A stretch of DNA of 64,000 nucleotides from Amoebidium appalachense (Eukaryota; Protista; Ichthyosporea). The DNA lies in contig CAVNZM010000003.1 of the NCBI GenBank assembly GCA_963693365.1, positions 5,390,472 to 5,454,471 on the forward strand, given 5' to 3'. The notes beneath the pieces are model-generated. The model was not told the origin of the DNA. It searched no databases and worked only from the letters and a program-made list of their open reading frames with translations. This document shows, in pieces, positions 27,891-40,100 of the stretch (within the stretch, counting starts at the first letter, position 1; the number at the start of each line of letters is the position of its first letter). Both the position numbers and the translations under genes were made by a program.

Positions 27891-28083
27891 GGGGTTTACG
27901 CTGTTTACTCGAGGCAAAGAGAAACCAGTCTCAGGTATGGGGGGGGTTTTGCTCGGAATATCCCCTCAGCGGTATATCATGATCACGTACATAGATGTCG
28001 GGTGATGACTATATATCAGGGTTTACTTTCTCTACGAGACACCATAAAGACTACAAGGAGAGATCAATTAGTTGGGGTTCCCC

Positions 28084-28162
<79 letters not shown>

Positions 28163-28193
28163 GGGCTCCCCTGGGACACTCGGTATCAGCTGG

Positions 28194-28292
<99 letters not shown>

Positions 28293-31200
28293 TGTGTGTG
28301 AGTGTGTTTGTGTGCGCGTGCGCTAGAATTTTGTAGTGATGTGTTTCTCAAGCCAATCAATACATCTAATAAACAGGTCGTAGTTACGCGTGTTTAGTAT
28401 AAAATCAAGGATGTTGTAATTTACAGGTAGGCTATCTTTCTGGGTGTCTGTTGTGAATGTGACGTGTGTGTGTTGCGGTATTATGTGGTCTATCAAACTA
28501 CATTTGGCGATACATGACCGGTTAAACTGGTGTGTGTGTGTGTTGTTTGGGCATGCAAATGATGCCACCTTATACTTATTAGATCTCCACTGTATAGCAC
28601 GTGTACAGGAAAAGCGTGGTAATTGATCAATAATACCATCAGCTAGAGAAAGACCAGTTCTACAGGAAGGTAATATGTATTTAGGTGTTATACATTTGCG
28701 AGTGCCATATTTGGCAATATGGTTGAGGCGGTCAGTATATATAAAACGAGACATAATAAGGCTTAGTTTTTCAAGGTGTATGCTTTCATCGGGTCTAGTG
28801 TCGTGTGGTATCTTTTTCCATTTGTTATATTGCGTGATTATCTTGTGATTGTGTACATGTTTAATAAGTAAGTGGCAGTCCAAAGTCACACACACACTAT
28901 TGCGGGGTTTATTTGTATTTGTGCCCAGGGGAGAAGGGGAGAGAGAGGGAAGGAAAGAGGGGAGAGGTGAGGAGGGGACAGGTCGGATAGAGAAGAGAGG
29001 GTGGGAGGGCAAATACTTCTTTAAGCGGCTTATGTGCTTATTGAATTTCAGCGCGAGATAGGATACTCTAGCAGCTATTGGGACCAGACCATATATCGAG
29101 AGCGTTACAGGCCCAGGTTTACAACAGTTGTTAGATAGAAAGGAGGCAACTTCTGCTTCAAGGAAATTTGCCAAGGGTTTAAGCGCTCTAGTTCTCTCTT
29201 TCTTGATCCAAGCGGCGAGAAGGGGTAAACCATATTCACATGCCGGGAAGACAAAAGTGCGAATAAATGTAAGTCTAATAGAAGGATGGAGGGGTATGTC
29301 TTTAAAAATATTAGCCGAGAAGAAAGCTAACCGCTTACGAGCCAACTCTACCCTCTTTTCGACCATATGGGGAAACATAACACCAACAGAATCAACCGGA
29401 ACACCAAGATATTTGTATTCTGGAACTATAGGTACAGGTTTAGATGATAATGTAAATGTGTGGAAATTGTTGGCTATATCAGGTACAAGAACACCACATT
29501 TGTCTATGTTAAGGATCATAAGGTTTGCCTTGCACCACTCTGACACTACATCGAACAATCTTTGCAGGCGTCTAGGGGTACGGGCAAGGAGGGACAGATC
29601 ATCAGCATAGAGAAGTGCAGGCGGAAAGTTATTAATAGGGTCATCGTTTTCGGCGTAAATCTTGACAGCCAAATCATCTATAAATAGGTTAAACAAAAAG
29701 GGGCTAAGCAATGAACCCTGCAAGAGACCTCTAGTACGAGCAAAACCATATGAAAGATGCCCATTGACCACAGCTCTACCATAGGTTTGAGACAAGAGTG
29801 CTTCTAACAGAACACCAATGCAGTGTGGTACACCCCGTGCAGCAAGCTTTTCCCATAGGAGACCAGGTGAGACAGAATCGTAAGCAGTTTTCCAATCAAT
29901 AAAGCCAACATATCGTGCACCAACTTGCATAGAATCGTGCAGTGCCATTATTTGAACATAACATGAATTGTTTTTACGAAAAGCGGATTGGCATGGGTGT
30001 ATGTGAAGAATAGATTGAAACCTAGGGTGATGTGCAAATAACCTAAGTAAGCAAGCTTCAAAGAATCTACGAACAACCTGGGTTAGTGTAATGGGGCGAA
30101 AGGATGATATGGGGCCCTCAGAGTCCTTCTTAACTATGGGGATCACTAAGGTATCTAACCAAGATGACGGGACATGTCCACATTTAACACACCAAGAAAA
30201 GAGAGAGCTTAACATGATAGTAAGATCAGGTTTAATAGCACGATCACTTTCCTTTTGTGGGTAGGAGGGAACAAGGATTTTAAGAAACCCAGCAGGGAGT
30301 CCATCAGGTCCACAAGACTTACTAGAGCTATAACTAGATATCACAGACCATATGGTATCGGGACTGAAAAAGGGGAGGATCGATTCTATGGGGATAGATG
30401 GGTCTACAGGCCACACAATAGGTTTCTGAGCGGGGGTCCTATCTTTAAACAGTTCCGAGAAATACTTATCAGAGTCTATGAGGGGGTCTCCAGTGGTATC
30501 ACCAATAATACGAGCAGGGGGCCCAAATCGATTCATACTAGCAAGCCGGCGCAAGCTTTCCTTTTGAGACAGGGGTTCACCTAGTCTAGCGGGAGTGGTG
30601 TTTGGTAACAAGAGAGCATCGGGATATTCCTTCCTACCACCGCCAGCATAATCACCGAGATCTATCAAATCATCAACAATAAAGTTAGTGCATGTATCTA
30701 GTACGAGATGTGAATCTGGTCTGGCTTGTGCAGATTCTAATAGGTGCATATATATAGGGTGTTTCGTTGCATAGCATACACATACATCAACTCTACCCCA
30801 CTGTGACTTGAGCTGGGATAGACGGAGGCGAAAGGTGGGAGGAGGAGGGGGGAGCATATCAAGGGAGATCTTAGGTAGGAAAAGGATAGGAGAGTGGTCA
30901 GATGACCTAGAGAGGTTAGGAGGGAGAGAGAGTTTTGACATGGTTGATGGCCAAAAGGCCACTCCCCAGTCGGTGTTGTGGGCATGGGATATTTGAGGGA
31001 ACCGCAAAGTGTGACTTTGGACATACCTTGCTAAAGGGATAGCACGCTCCGGGGGCTTAGATGGGTACCCGACACTCACTTGCAGTGTGTCTGTGTGGTG
31101 GAGTCGCGTGTTAAAATCACCTAAAATAACAGTGGACATTGGTAACTGTGACAACTCGTGAGTCAATTCGGCAACCGACATAGATGGTGGGTAATATACA

Positions 31201-31605
31201 AAAGTAAAAACATTAGAAAGAAACTCTATAGAAACCGAGAATTCCGTTTTTGCTACCGGTTTGCACTTCACTCTCACGTGTGGCGCGGCAAGTACAATAA
31301 TGCCTCGGTTTTTCGCGTAACCGGGGTGTGTGGATGTGTCGACCAATGTAGAGTTGAATTTGTGGTGGTTTTTAAACTGTGTTTCGCAAATCACTGTAAA
31401 CGTGTGGTTCTTTGTCTGTTGTTGTATGTAGCTGATTTTATCGTCGAGTGTCCCGGGGGGGAGGCCCTTTTGGGGGCCCAGTGTCCGAGCATTCCAGAAG
31501 AAGAAGGATAAATTAGGCATCGGTTTGGTCCGACACCTGTGGGGACGGTTCCCACTTGTCGCTTACGGGGTCGTATGCACGACCTTCCGCCAGCGCGAAC
31601 AGGTC
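27891..31605 (-). mobile_element. Full-length single-ORF LINE (APE endonuclease plus RT)
   Basis: 9-bp TSD atgaatttg at 27882-27890 and 31606-31614. The empty site is preserved in the second TRIM repeat near 32899. 85-nt 5' UTR. Confidence 0.95.
28323..31520 (-). CDS. LINE polyprotein, 1065 aa: APE endonuclease, RT and C-terminal Cys/His region
   Basis: WNART, CET, VYYPP, LGDFN, SDH (APE/EEP motifs); GPDG, QGSLLSP, YADD (RT). Uninterrupted ORF. Confidence 0.95.
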   Translation of the reverse strand: MPNLSFFFWNARTLGPQKGLPPGTLDDKISYIQQQTKNHTFTVICETQFKNHHKFNSTLVDTSTHPGYAKNRGIIVLAAPHVRVKCKPVAKTEFSVSIEFLSNVFTFVYYPPSMSVAELTHELSQLPMSTVILGDFNTRLHHTDTLQVSVGYPSKPPERAIPLARYVQSHTLRFPQISHAHNTDWGVAFWPSTMSKLSLPPNLSRSSDHSPILFLPKISLDMLPPPPPTFRLRLSQLKSQWGRVDVCVCYATKHPIYMHLLESAQARPDSHLVLDTCTNFIVDDLIDLGDYAGGGRKEYPDALLLPNTTPARLGEPLSQKESLRRLASMNRFGPPARIIGDTTGDPLIDSDKYFSELFKDRTPAQKPIVWPVDPSIPIESILPFFSPDTIWSVISSYSSSKSCGPDGLPAGFLKILVPSYPQKESDRAIKPDLTIMLSSLFSWCVKCGHVPSSWLDTLVIPIVKKDSEGPISSFRPITLTQVVRRFFEACLLRLFAHHPRFQSILHIHPCQSAFRKNNSCYVQIMALHDSMQVGARYVGFIDWKTAYDSVSPGLLWEKLAARGVPHCIGVLLEALLSQTYGRAVVNGHLSYGFARTRGLLQGSLLSPFLFNLFIDDLAVKIYAENDDPINNFPPALLYADDLSLLARTPRRLQRLFDVVSEWCKANLMILNIDKCGVLVPDIANNFHTFTLSSKPVPIVPEYKYLGVPVDSVGVMFPHMVEKRVELARKRLAFFSANIFKDIPLHPSIRLTFIRTFVFPACEYGLPLLAAWIKKERTRALKPLANFLEAEVASFLSNNCCKPGPVTLSIYGLVPIAARVSYLALKFNKHISRLKKYLPSHPLFSIRPVPSSPLPSFLPSLSPSPLGTNTNKPRNSVCVTLDCHLLIKHVHNHKIITQYNKWKKIPHDTRPDESIHLEKLSLIMSRFIYTDRLNHIAKYGTRKCITPKYILPSCRTGLSLADGIIDQLPRFSCTRAIQWRSNKYKVASFACPNNTHTHQFNRSCIAKCSLIDHIIPQHTHVTFTTDTQKDSLPVNYNILDFILNTRNYDLFIRCIDWLEKHITTKF

Positions 31606-31763
31606 ATGAATTTGTACTTGGAGTCATAGGCAGAGACCAGATCCGCCGAGACCCTGCCCGAGCCTCATGGCTCCCCCTATACTATGCCGCTGATTACGCT
31701 CATATATGGTAGCAGAGACAGCCCGACCACCCTCTGATGGCCTAGCCGCTTTCCACTGCGCAC

Positions 31764-32817
31764 TAAGGGTATGTAAATCTATCTCAAAAAAAAGCCTATC
31801 TTTCTTTTAGATTTTTCCCAATCTTTCCCAAAATCGACCTAACTTTCCTAGATCCTTTCCCGGAAATTCTTGAAAAATGAACCTATCTTTCCCAAAATCT
31901 TTCCCACCAGGTACCTATCTTTCCAAGAAATTTCCCGTCTTTCTCGAAAGCTACCTAAATTTCTTTCGAAATTTCTCGCCATAAACACATATACACACGC
32001 ACGCGCACAAAGTGTACACAGGCACACACGTGCACACGCGCACACACTTCATGGTTGGTGGGCTCAGTGGCAATGAGATCGGCCACCAGAAAAGTGGAAG
32101 TGGTACTTTTACGTTTCGTAATGCTGACAGCTGCAGCAGAGAATGAGGCCATTTTGAAGAGATTCGAGTACAAGTAGAAATCGTACGGTGTTTCTGTCAA
32201 GTGCAATTGCAAGTTACAGCATATATACCCTTCCAAAGTGTCAACAATCGCTTGCAAACATTTGTTTTCATTGGTTGAATGCTGCCAATTACATTAATCT
32301 TGCGATTTCAGCCACTACAATCGTTTCCCTCCAAGAGTAAATTTTTTTAAAGTGGTGCTTAGGCTGCACTGGCGGGCCCGCCAGTGTTCCGGTCAATTAT
32401 AGTTAGCCTACGGTCAAGCTCTTGTTATGCTCACTTTGATTGGATTACAAACAATCCCATCGCCCCTCTCTCAGGAAAACAGTGTCATTGGACATGGTTA
32501 AGACTCCCACCTTTTTTGGTTTGTTTACGAGTCTTGCAGTCCAATCATGTGCCTTCCAAAGGAAGAGGGCAAAAGCCGGTAAACCATACCCTATATACCA
32601 CATACATACCCCTAGACCACGAGAAATTTGGATCTTTCCGGCCTACTTTTTTCGAAATTCCCGAGATAGATCGCTCGGATCAAACAAGATCATCTATCCC
32701 ACGATATCCTAAATTTCTCGCTCCTTTCCCAAAATTTCACCTATCTTTCCGGCAACTTTCCTTTCCGGCAAGGTACCTAAATTTCCCGAGAATACTAGAT
32801 AGATGTACATACCCTTA
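31764..32817. mobile_element. Non-autonomous hAT-like DNA transposon (MITE), 1054 bp
   Basis: 21-bp TIRs taagggtatgta(a/c)atctatct with one mismatch, 8-bp TSD ctgcgcac at 31756-31763 and 32818-32825, subterminal repeats cctatctttcc and acctaaattt. Confidence 0.9.
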
Positions 32818-33453
32818 CTGCGCACTGCTATGAGCTCGGGGCGAGCTCACTCCCGCTGCCGAGATGTATGAGTGAGATTGTCCCACAATCACACGCATAT
32901 GAATTTGTACTTGGAGTCATAGGCAGAGACCAGATCCGCCGAGACCCTGCCCGAGCCTCATGGCTCCCCCTATACTATGCCGCTGATTACGCTCATATAC
33001 TGGATGGCTCGCTGCCGTTTGATTGGCTCGGAGCGCACCGCCTGCTAGTCCCGTCTGGATGGGACTAGGGCTCGGTTAGCTGTGTGCTCTACCCGATGTA
33101 TTTTCCCGAGAGCGCAATTGGTTGTGCTCCCCCGCGGAGTATATAAACCCCGCCAGAAATCCATAATAAACCGGGAGTTATATCGATGACTGACTGTTAC
33201 ACAGACTCTCCAGCACCATGTGAACACTTGTGTGATACTTTAATAGGTGATAGTGCATGCAGCCCGAATCGGATTAAGTACACACTTAGTAGGTAGTATA
33301 TTGCACCCGTATAGAGACTGATCACCTCCGTGTGTGTGTGTGCAACGACTATACACTCTACTCGTGTTAAGTGCAGACTCTGCTACGTGTGGGAACTTCA
33401 AGGTATTTTTCTCTCAGGTTTTGTGCCTTCGGAACGCTTCCACTGCTTCGAAA

Positions 33454-35866
33454 ATGGCACCAAGGTCGAATGATAGGCCTAGACTGACCGTTAGCATTGA
33501 CTGGGTGGCGTTTGAGCCGTTGTGGCTAGCTTACGCTGAGTCCAAGGGGTTGCCGACTGTTACATGGCACCCCCTTCCAACAAGGCGCGCAGGAAGCGTC
33601 GTTCATCCCCTGCGCCAGCTGGCAACGTGTCTGCCAGTCCCGAGGCTGTTGTGGAGGCCACGCCCCTGCGTGGCGGCCATGGCAACAGCATGTTGACCGT
33701 GATTCCGGCATCCCTGATGACGGCCCTAGTCTCAACACCGACCCCTCCCGTGTTGAGGAGGATACCCGTGCGGCGCCCCGCCCCGCCCTGCGCCAGCCCC
33801 AGTACAGCTCGGACTCTGAGGCCGAATGATGGCAGCGATGGTGAGCGTGCCAGCATGAGTGCGTCACGCGCCCGGCGCCTCGAAGGCAAAGCCAAGTACA
33901 AACTGATGGCTGCTGTTGATGACACCCTCCGCCCCCAGACTCAGTACTGTGCGTCTGCCTGAGCCATGTGGACCGCGCTCAAGACCACCTACAGTGTGCT
34001 GACCCCTGATGCTCGTGCTATGCTGCACAACAGGTGGGCGCAGCTGGCTGCTGAGCCCAAGGACACCATTGCAGCGATCTTTGCCAAGGTGTTCAACCTG
34101 CAGCATCAGCTGACGGCAGCCGGCATCCCCGAGTCGGAGGAGCAAGTGCGGCTGAAGATATTGGACATGATCCCTAACCGTCTGCGCGCTGCCAAGGAGG
34201 TGCTGAGCATGGAGCGTGTGCCCCGGTCACTCGATGAGATGAAGCACATGCTGCTGACCCAGGAGATCAATCTGCAACGGCAAGGTGTGCAGCCCAGGCA
34301 GCCGCCTCCGCGCCGTGACCCGCCTACCGTCCCTGCGTTGGCTGCTGCTGCCACCACTCCGGCCAAGGATGATCCAAGCAAGCATGGCGGCCGCGGCGGC
34401 CCTGGCGGCAAAGGCGGCAACGGCGGCCGGCGTGGCGCAGGCAACCCTGGTGCTGCTCTGGACCGTGCCTACTGCATGAAGAACGGTCTCTGCTTCAAGT
34501 GCAAGAAGCCTGGCCACCAGCAGACCCAGTGCCCGACCATGCTGGAGACAATGCGTGCGAACCTGGCAGCTGCGGACGCCCTTGCTGGCGACATTGGTGA
34601 CGCTTTTTGCATGGTGACGTCACTTCGGCCTTCATGTGCACAGCGGGCGGCCCGCCTGCCGTTGGGCTGGACGACAAGTGGACCTGGGATGGCGCAGCCT
34701 CCCACCACATGACGTGCCACAAAGATGACTTCACCACCCTTGTGCCCCTCAACCCTGCAGGCACCGTGAAAGTAGGTGGTGGCACCGTGCCTGCGGAGGG
34801 CCGTCGCACTGTGCAGGTGACTGCATGGCACAGGGGTGTGGCTGCGCGCATCACGCTGGATGCCCTGTACGTGCCTGCACTGGGTGCACCTGTTTTCGGC
34901 ACCCACTGCTGCACAGGCTAGGTGCAGCTCGTTGGTGGCAGCTGACCGTGTCACCGTCTTCAAGACTGACGGCCGTGCCTACTTTGAGTGTGCCCGTGAC
35001 CCTGTGGCCAACCTCTACATGTGCCCCTTCACAGCACCTGGCAAGGAGCTGCCCATAGATGCCCGGGCCCTGATGGCCACACTGGAGGGTGCTACCCCGT
35101 GTGTGCTGGCCGAGTGCACCACCATGGTGTGCAAGATCGTCACCCCACCACCTGGCTTTGAGGTGGGTACAGCTGCACCGGCCCGGGCGCCTGCACCCTC
35201 CGCCCCTGCCCCTGGTGTTTGGATCCCCCCACCCACCCCGCCAAGGACCCCCCTCTGTTGACGAATTTGCCGACTTACCGGATCTGGGGGTCTCTGATGA
35301 CGAATTTTCCGAGGGTGAGGAGGAGGCATCCGATGGGGAGGAGGCCGGCGCCCGGGAGCAGGAGGAGTGCAGGCCCCTGGCTGCTGTGCGCCCACCAGTT
35401 ACAACACCACTGCGAGGCCCAGTGGCACCTGCTGCAGCAGGCACCGTGCCTGCACCAGCACCTGCCCCAGCCACCGATGCCTGCACCCTGCCCGAGGCTG
35501 CCCTACCCCCAGTGCTACCTCTGCCGACCCCACCACGGAGCCAGCAGTGCAGCACCCGTGGATCCCCTTCAAGAATGCGGCCAAGGCCAGCTACGAGACC
35601 TGGCACCAGCGCTATGGCCACATCGGCAAGACTGGCCTGCTGCAGCTGGCGTGCAGCGGCATGGTTAAGGGTCTGGAGCTCACCACCAGCCCCTCTGCCA
35701 CCCCTGCCGTGTGTGATGGGTGTGCCATCGGCAAGGCCAAGCAGCACCCCTTCCCTACTCAAGGCCGCCAGCGTGCAGACACAGTGCTTGGCATTGTGCA
35801 CGTGGATGTGGGTAGCCCCTACCAGCGGTCTGTAGACGGCTACTACTTCGTGCTTGTGGCTGTGGA
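33454..35866 (+). pseudogene. Copia A gag, protease and integrase N-terminus, frameshifted
   Basis: Zinc knuckle CFKCKKPGHQQTQC, protease WTWDGAASHHMTC, WHQRYGH...CDGC, VHVDV. Confidence 0.85.
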
Positions 35867-37055
35867 TGTTATTTTGTGTGGGTAAACGGAGAAGCAGAGA
35901 GCACAGATGGGTGTTATGTAAAACACAACACAAAGACACACGGGAAAAACACAACCGGAGAGGAGGAACGATTTCTGGAACCATAGGAAGTGAATACGAC
36001 TGCTTGTGATTTATTTCAAGATGAGGTCCCTTTTATACTTGGGAATGTGAAACGATAAACCAATCAAAAGAATGAAAACTATGAGTGTAAAATATATCGA
36101 ATAAAATGTCTGTCGACATTTAGAATATAAAACTCAATCCTCTAATGAAAGAAACTTCTAATAAAAGCACGGAAACATTTAATAAAATGAAACCACTTAT
36201 GTAACTATTAATTCATAACATATATTTATACATGTTCTTATCATAACACGTCTAAATATAATTTTTCCTAATAGTTGAAGAACATAGCACAATGCTACGT
36301 CGTGGGAAAGGAATGAGAAAGGAATGTAAGTTACTATATTTGGGAAAATACAAACGAGATATGATTGGATGACATATATAGATTTTGACGCAAACGACAA
36401 TACGTGTGCACGAGCTAAGTATGTCGATACGTACACAGATCTAAGATGTCGTGTACACGGAAACGGAAAAGAAAGAAAGAAATGAAGAAAGGAAAAGGAA
36501 ACAAACTACAACAACTAATAAATAAATACCAAACTCAACTTCTAAGTCTTGCTGAGAATTAAGTGAAGATGACATCCCCACTCAAGGGTTGGAAGTTGGG
36601 TTCTCGTGAAGTTTGTTGATGTGACTGTTGATGTTAAGACTTTCACACATGTAGAAGTAGGTGCCGTGAAGTCACAGTCAAGTTTCCCCACTCGAGAAGA
36701 CAATGGAGAAGACTTGAAGGTGCAAGCCGGGGAAGAAAACCAAAACGGAAGAAGCACACAACGACGGTTGCCTCTGAAGACTCGGAAGATGACGGTAGCC
36801 AATGACGTGATATATAAATATATATAGAAGAAACAACTAGTGTATGTGTGACGTGTTGGTGGCTAATGATAAATACATTATATATATGGTGGTATATAAA
36901 TAAACGACGGATGGTGGAGAAGAAATCCCCACTGAAGATGCACACACTGAAGATCGATGAAGACAGCAGTAGACTTTCGTTGGGAGGTGTCTCTACACGG
37001 TGATGTGTAGACCACTGGCCAGGGCCCCAACCTACTTGAAGACCACTGTAGATGA

Positions 37056-37107
<52 letters not shown>

Positions 37108-40100
37108 CTCAGTCACGAAGACTGAGTGAATCACGGTGCTGCTCGTGGGAGGGCCCGGGCAGGGGCTTGGTGAAGATGTCAGCCACGTTGTCTTTGCTGG
37201 ACACGTAGGTGACGACCACATCCCCACTCTTGATGTAGTCCTTCGTGTTGTGGTAACGGACTGCAATGTGTTTGGTCCGGTGCTTGATGCTGTTGGTGTG
37301 CAGGAGGGCAATGGTGGACTGGTTGTCACAGTAGACGGGGGTGGGGTCGGTCATCGGGTAGCCGAGTTCACGGAGGAGATCACGGTGCCAGATGACGTTT
37401 TGAACAGCAGCATTGATGGCCAGAAGCTCAGCCTCAGTGGTGGATGTTGCCGTGATGGACTGCAGCTTCGAATACCATGTGATGGGTATGCCCTTGAAGA
37501 AGATGACGTATCCGGTGGTTGAACGACGGGTGTTGGGGCAGTTGGCAAAGTCAGCATCAGAATAACACTCCAGCAAGGGGGTGTTGTCGTCGGAAGCAGA
37601 CTTGTCGTAGTGAAGGCCGAGGTTGGAAGTGCCGATGAGGTACCGAACTACACGGAGTAGATATTCCCATGCAAGTTTGGTGGGGTTGGCACTGAATCTA
37701 CCGAGGTAGCCGATGGCAAAGGAGATGTCGGGCCGGGAACAACGAGCAACCCACAAAAGACGGCCGAGTAGTTCACGGTAGGGAACCTTGATGGGTGGTG
37801 AGTCGTTCTCGTTGATGGTGATGACGGTGCCGACGGGAATGGGAGTAGCCTTGGGGTGAGCATCGTTGAGGTTGAAGTCTCTGACGATGTCGTTGATGTA
37901 GGATTGCTGAAGCAGCTTGAGGTGACCGGGGGTGTGGATGAGGTGGGTGCCAAGGAAGATGTCGGGAAGGTCAACCTTGCAGAGAGCTGACTTCATGATG
38001 TGGTCTACTAGATCCTTGGTGTGGGAGGAGTTGGCCGTGCAGATGATGATGACGTCGTCCACATAGTTGCCAGTGAGGATGATGTCACCGTTGGGGAAGG
38101 TCTTGATGTAGACACATGGATCTGAACGGAGACGTTCGAGACCGTGAGCAAGGAGGACCTTGTCGAAGTACTCATACCAGGCCAGTGATGCTTGCTTGAG
38201 CCCGTAGAGTGCCTTCTTAAGTTTCCAGACCTTGTGTTCGTTGCCGGGGGTGATGAAGCCAGGTGGTGGCTCAATGTAGATGTCTTCTTGAAGAGGACTG
38301 TTGAGGAAGGCAGTTGAGACGTCGAGTTGATGAATCTCATGGTTGCCGTCCACACCGATGGCAAGGAGGGCACGGACGGAGGAGGACATCACCACGGGGG
38401 AAGAGGTGTCACCGTAGTCAACACCGTAGACTTGAGTGAAGCCCTTTGCAACACCACGAGCTTTGATCTTGGTGTCACCGGCTGAGTTGAGGACTTTCTC
38501 AGTCACAATCCACTTGAACTTGATGATGTTGGCACCAGGGGGGGATCAACAATGGTGAAGACATCCTTGGTGATGAAGGCTTGGTACTCGGAGGTGAGGG
38601 CAGCTATGACGGCATCACCGTTGGGACCGTTGCAAAGCTTTTGAATGCCCTTGGGGAGCTGGTCAATGTTGATGGTCGGTGCTACGATGCTGACCAGTGC
38701 CGTTGGAGTCTTGGTGAGACGTGTAGACCGACGAAGGTTGGGCTTGGGGGGGTCCTTGAGGGGGGTGGTGGCCGGGTAGGTGGTGGAGGCCGGGATAGGG
38801 GCATGGAAGCCAGGAATAGGACCGGTGGTGAGGGGGGCATCGGTGTCCACAGGGCTGCTCGTGGCCGAGTGGAAGGTGGGGGACCCAGGACGAACCGGAG
38901 TCATGTAGCCGGGTTGATGCACAGCAACGGGGGGGGCCGGCAGCAAGGGTTGTTGGCCAGTGGGGGGGGGGCTCGGGGGAGGCACGGGTTCAACCGGGGC
39001 TGGTTGGTTGTGCCAGGACGGTTGGGAGATGACCACAGACGGAGTTTCATCGTCGTCGTCGGAGGGGGGGTCCAATGTCGGCAGATCGGGTTTGGGGGGA
39101 ACGGAGACCTGATTGGTGCTGCCCGTGAATTTCGACTCGTCGAAGATCACATCACGGCAGATCTTGATTTGGTTGCTGGCAAGGTCGAGGATCTTGTGTG
39201 CCTTGGAGGGTAGGTCCCAGCCGACGTAGGTGCCGACTCTGACGGTTGATGCCAGCTTGTTCCTCTTTGACCGGGGAACATGGACATAGGCAGGGGAGCC
39301 GAACACGTGGAGCTGGGAGACGTCGGGTTTGAAGCCGTGGAAGGCCTCGAAGGGAGTGTTGCCGTTGGCAGCAGATGACGGTGTGACGTTGATGATGTAG
39401 CTTGTATGCTTGAGAGCAGCAACCCACAACTTGGGAGAGAGAGGTTGGTCCTTGTCGGCATGGAGGAAGCAACGGACTGTCTCTTGCAGTTCTCTCATCT
39501 TCCGTTCAACAACACCATTGTGTTGTGGTGTGTCGACGGGGGCAAACTCCATGATGATGCCTTTCTGCTTGCAGTAGGCCTCGGTGTCCTTGGAGGTGAA
39601 CTCAGAGCCGGAGTCAAACCGAAGATGGGTGACGATCTCAGGTGTCTGACGTTCGATGGTTTCAACGAGAGACTGAATGTGGCTGAGGGTTTCACCACGG
39701 TTGTAAAGGGGGAACACGGTGGTGTAACCGGTGGCATCACAAACACACACCAGAGCAACCTTGTAGCCTCCGTAGGAAGCACAGGGAGCTTCGAAGAAGT
39801 CCAGGTGCCACTTAGCACCGGGAATGGTGAACTTGGAACGGGTGCCGGGAAAGGGGGCCTTGGTGGTCTTGCCAGACATGCAGCCGAAGCAGTCACTGTT
39901 GTCGGGTGACTTGAGGGAGGGGGCATGCCGATGACAAGCTCATCCTTGGCCATCCTGGTGACGGTGGAGAGGGCACGGTGGCCGAGACGGTTGTGCCAAA
40001 GGGTGAGGTCGTCGGGTGGTTGAGTCCTTGCTGTGTAGGCTTGGACCCCCGGGTGTTTAGGAGTCTCAATCACATAGTCAGTGATGTAGTAGAGACCGTC

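Larger units (their letters stand above)
27848..32999 (+). mobile_element. TRIM-like miniature LTR element, 366 bp after removing nested inserts
   Basis: Two identical 135-bp terminal repeats (27848-27890 plus 31615-31706; 32865-32999), PBS TGGTAGCAGAG at 31707, 96-bp non-coding interior, 4-bp TSD ctgg at 27844-27847 and 33000-33003. Confidence 0.85.

Noticed and set aside
28000-28085. C/D-box snoRNA (GTGATGA) antisense to the LINE tail
   Set aside because: No suitably placed CTGA D box or terminal stem.
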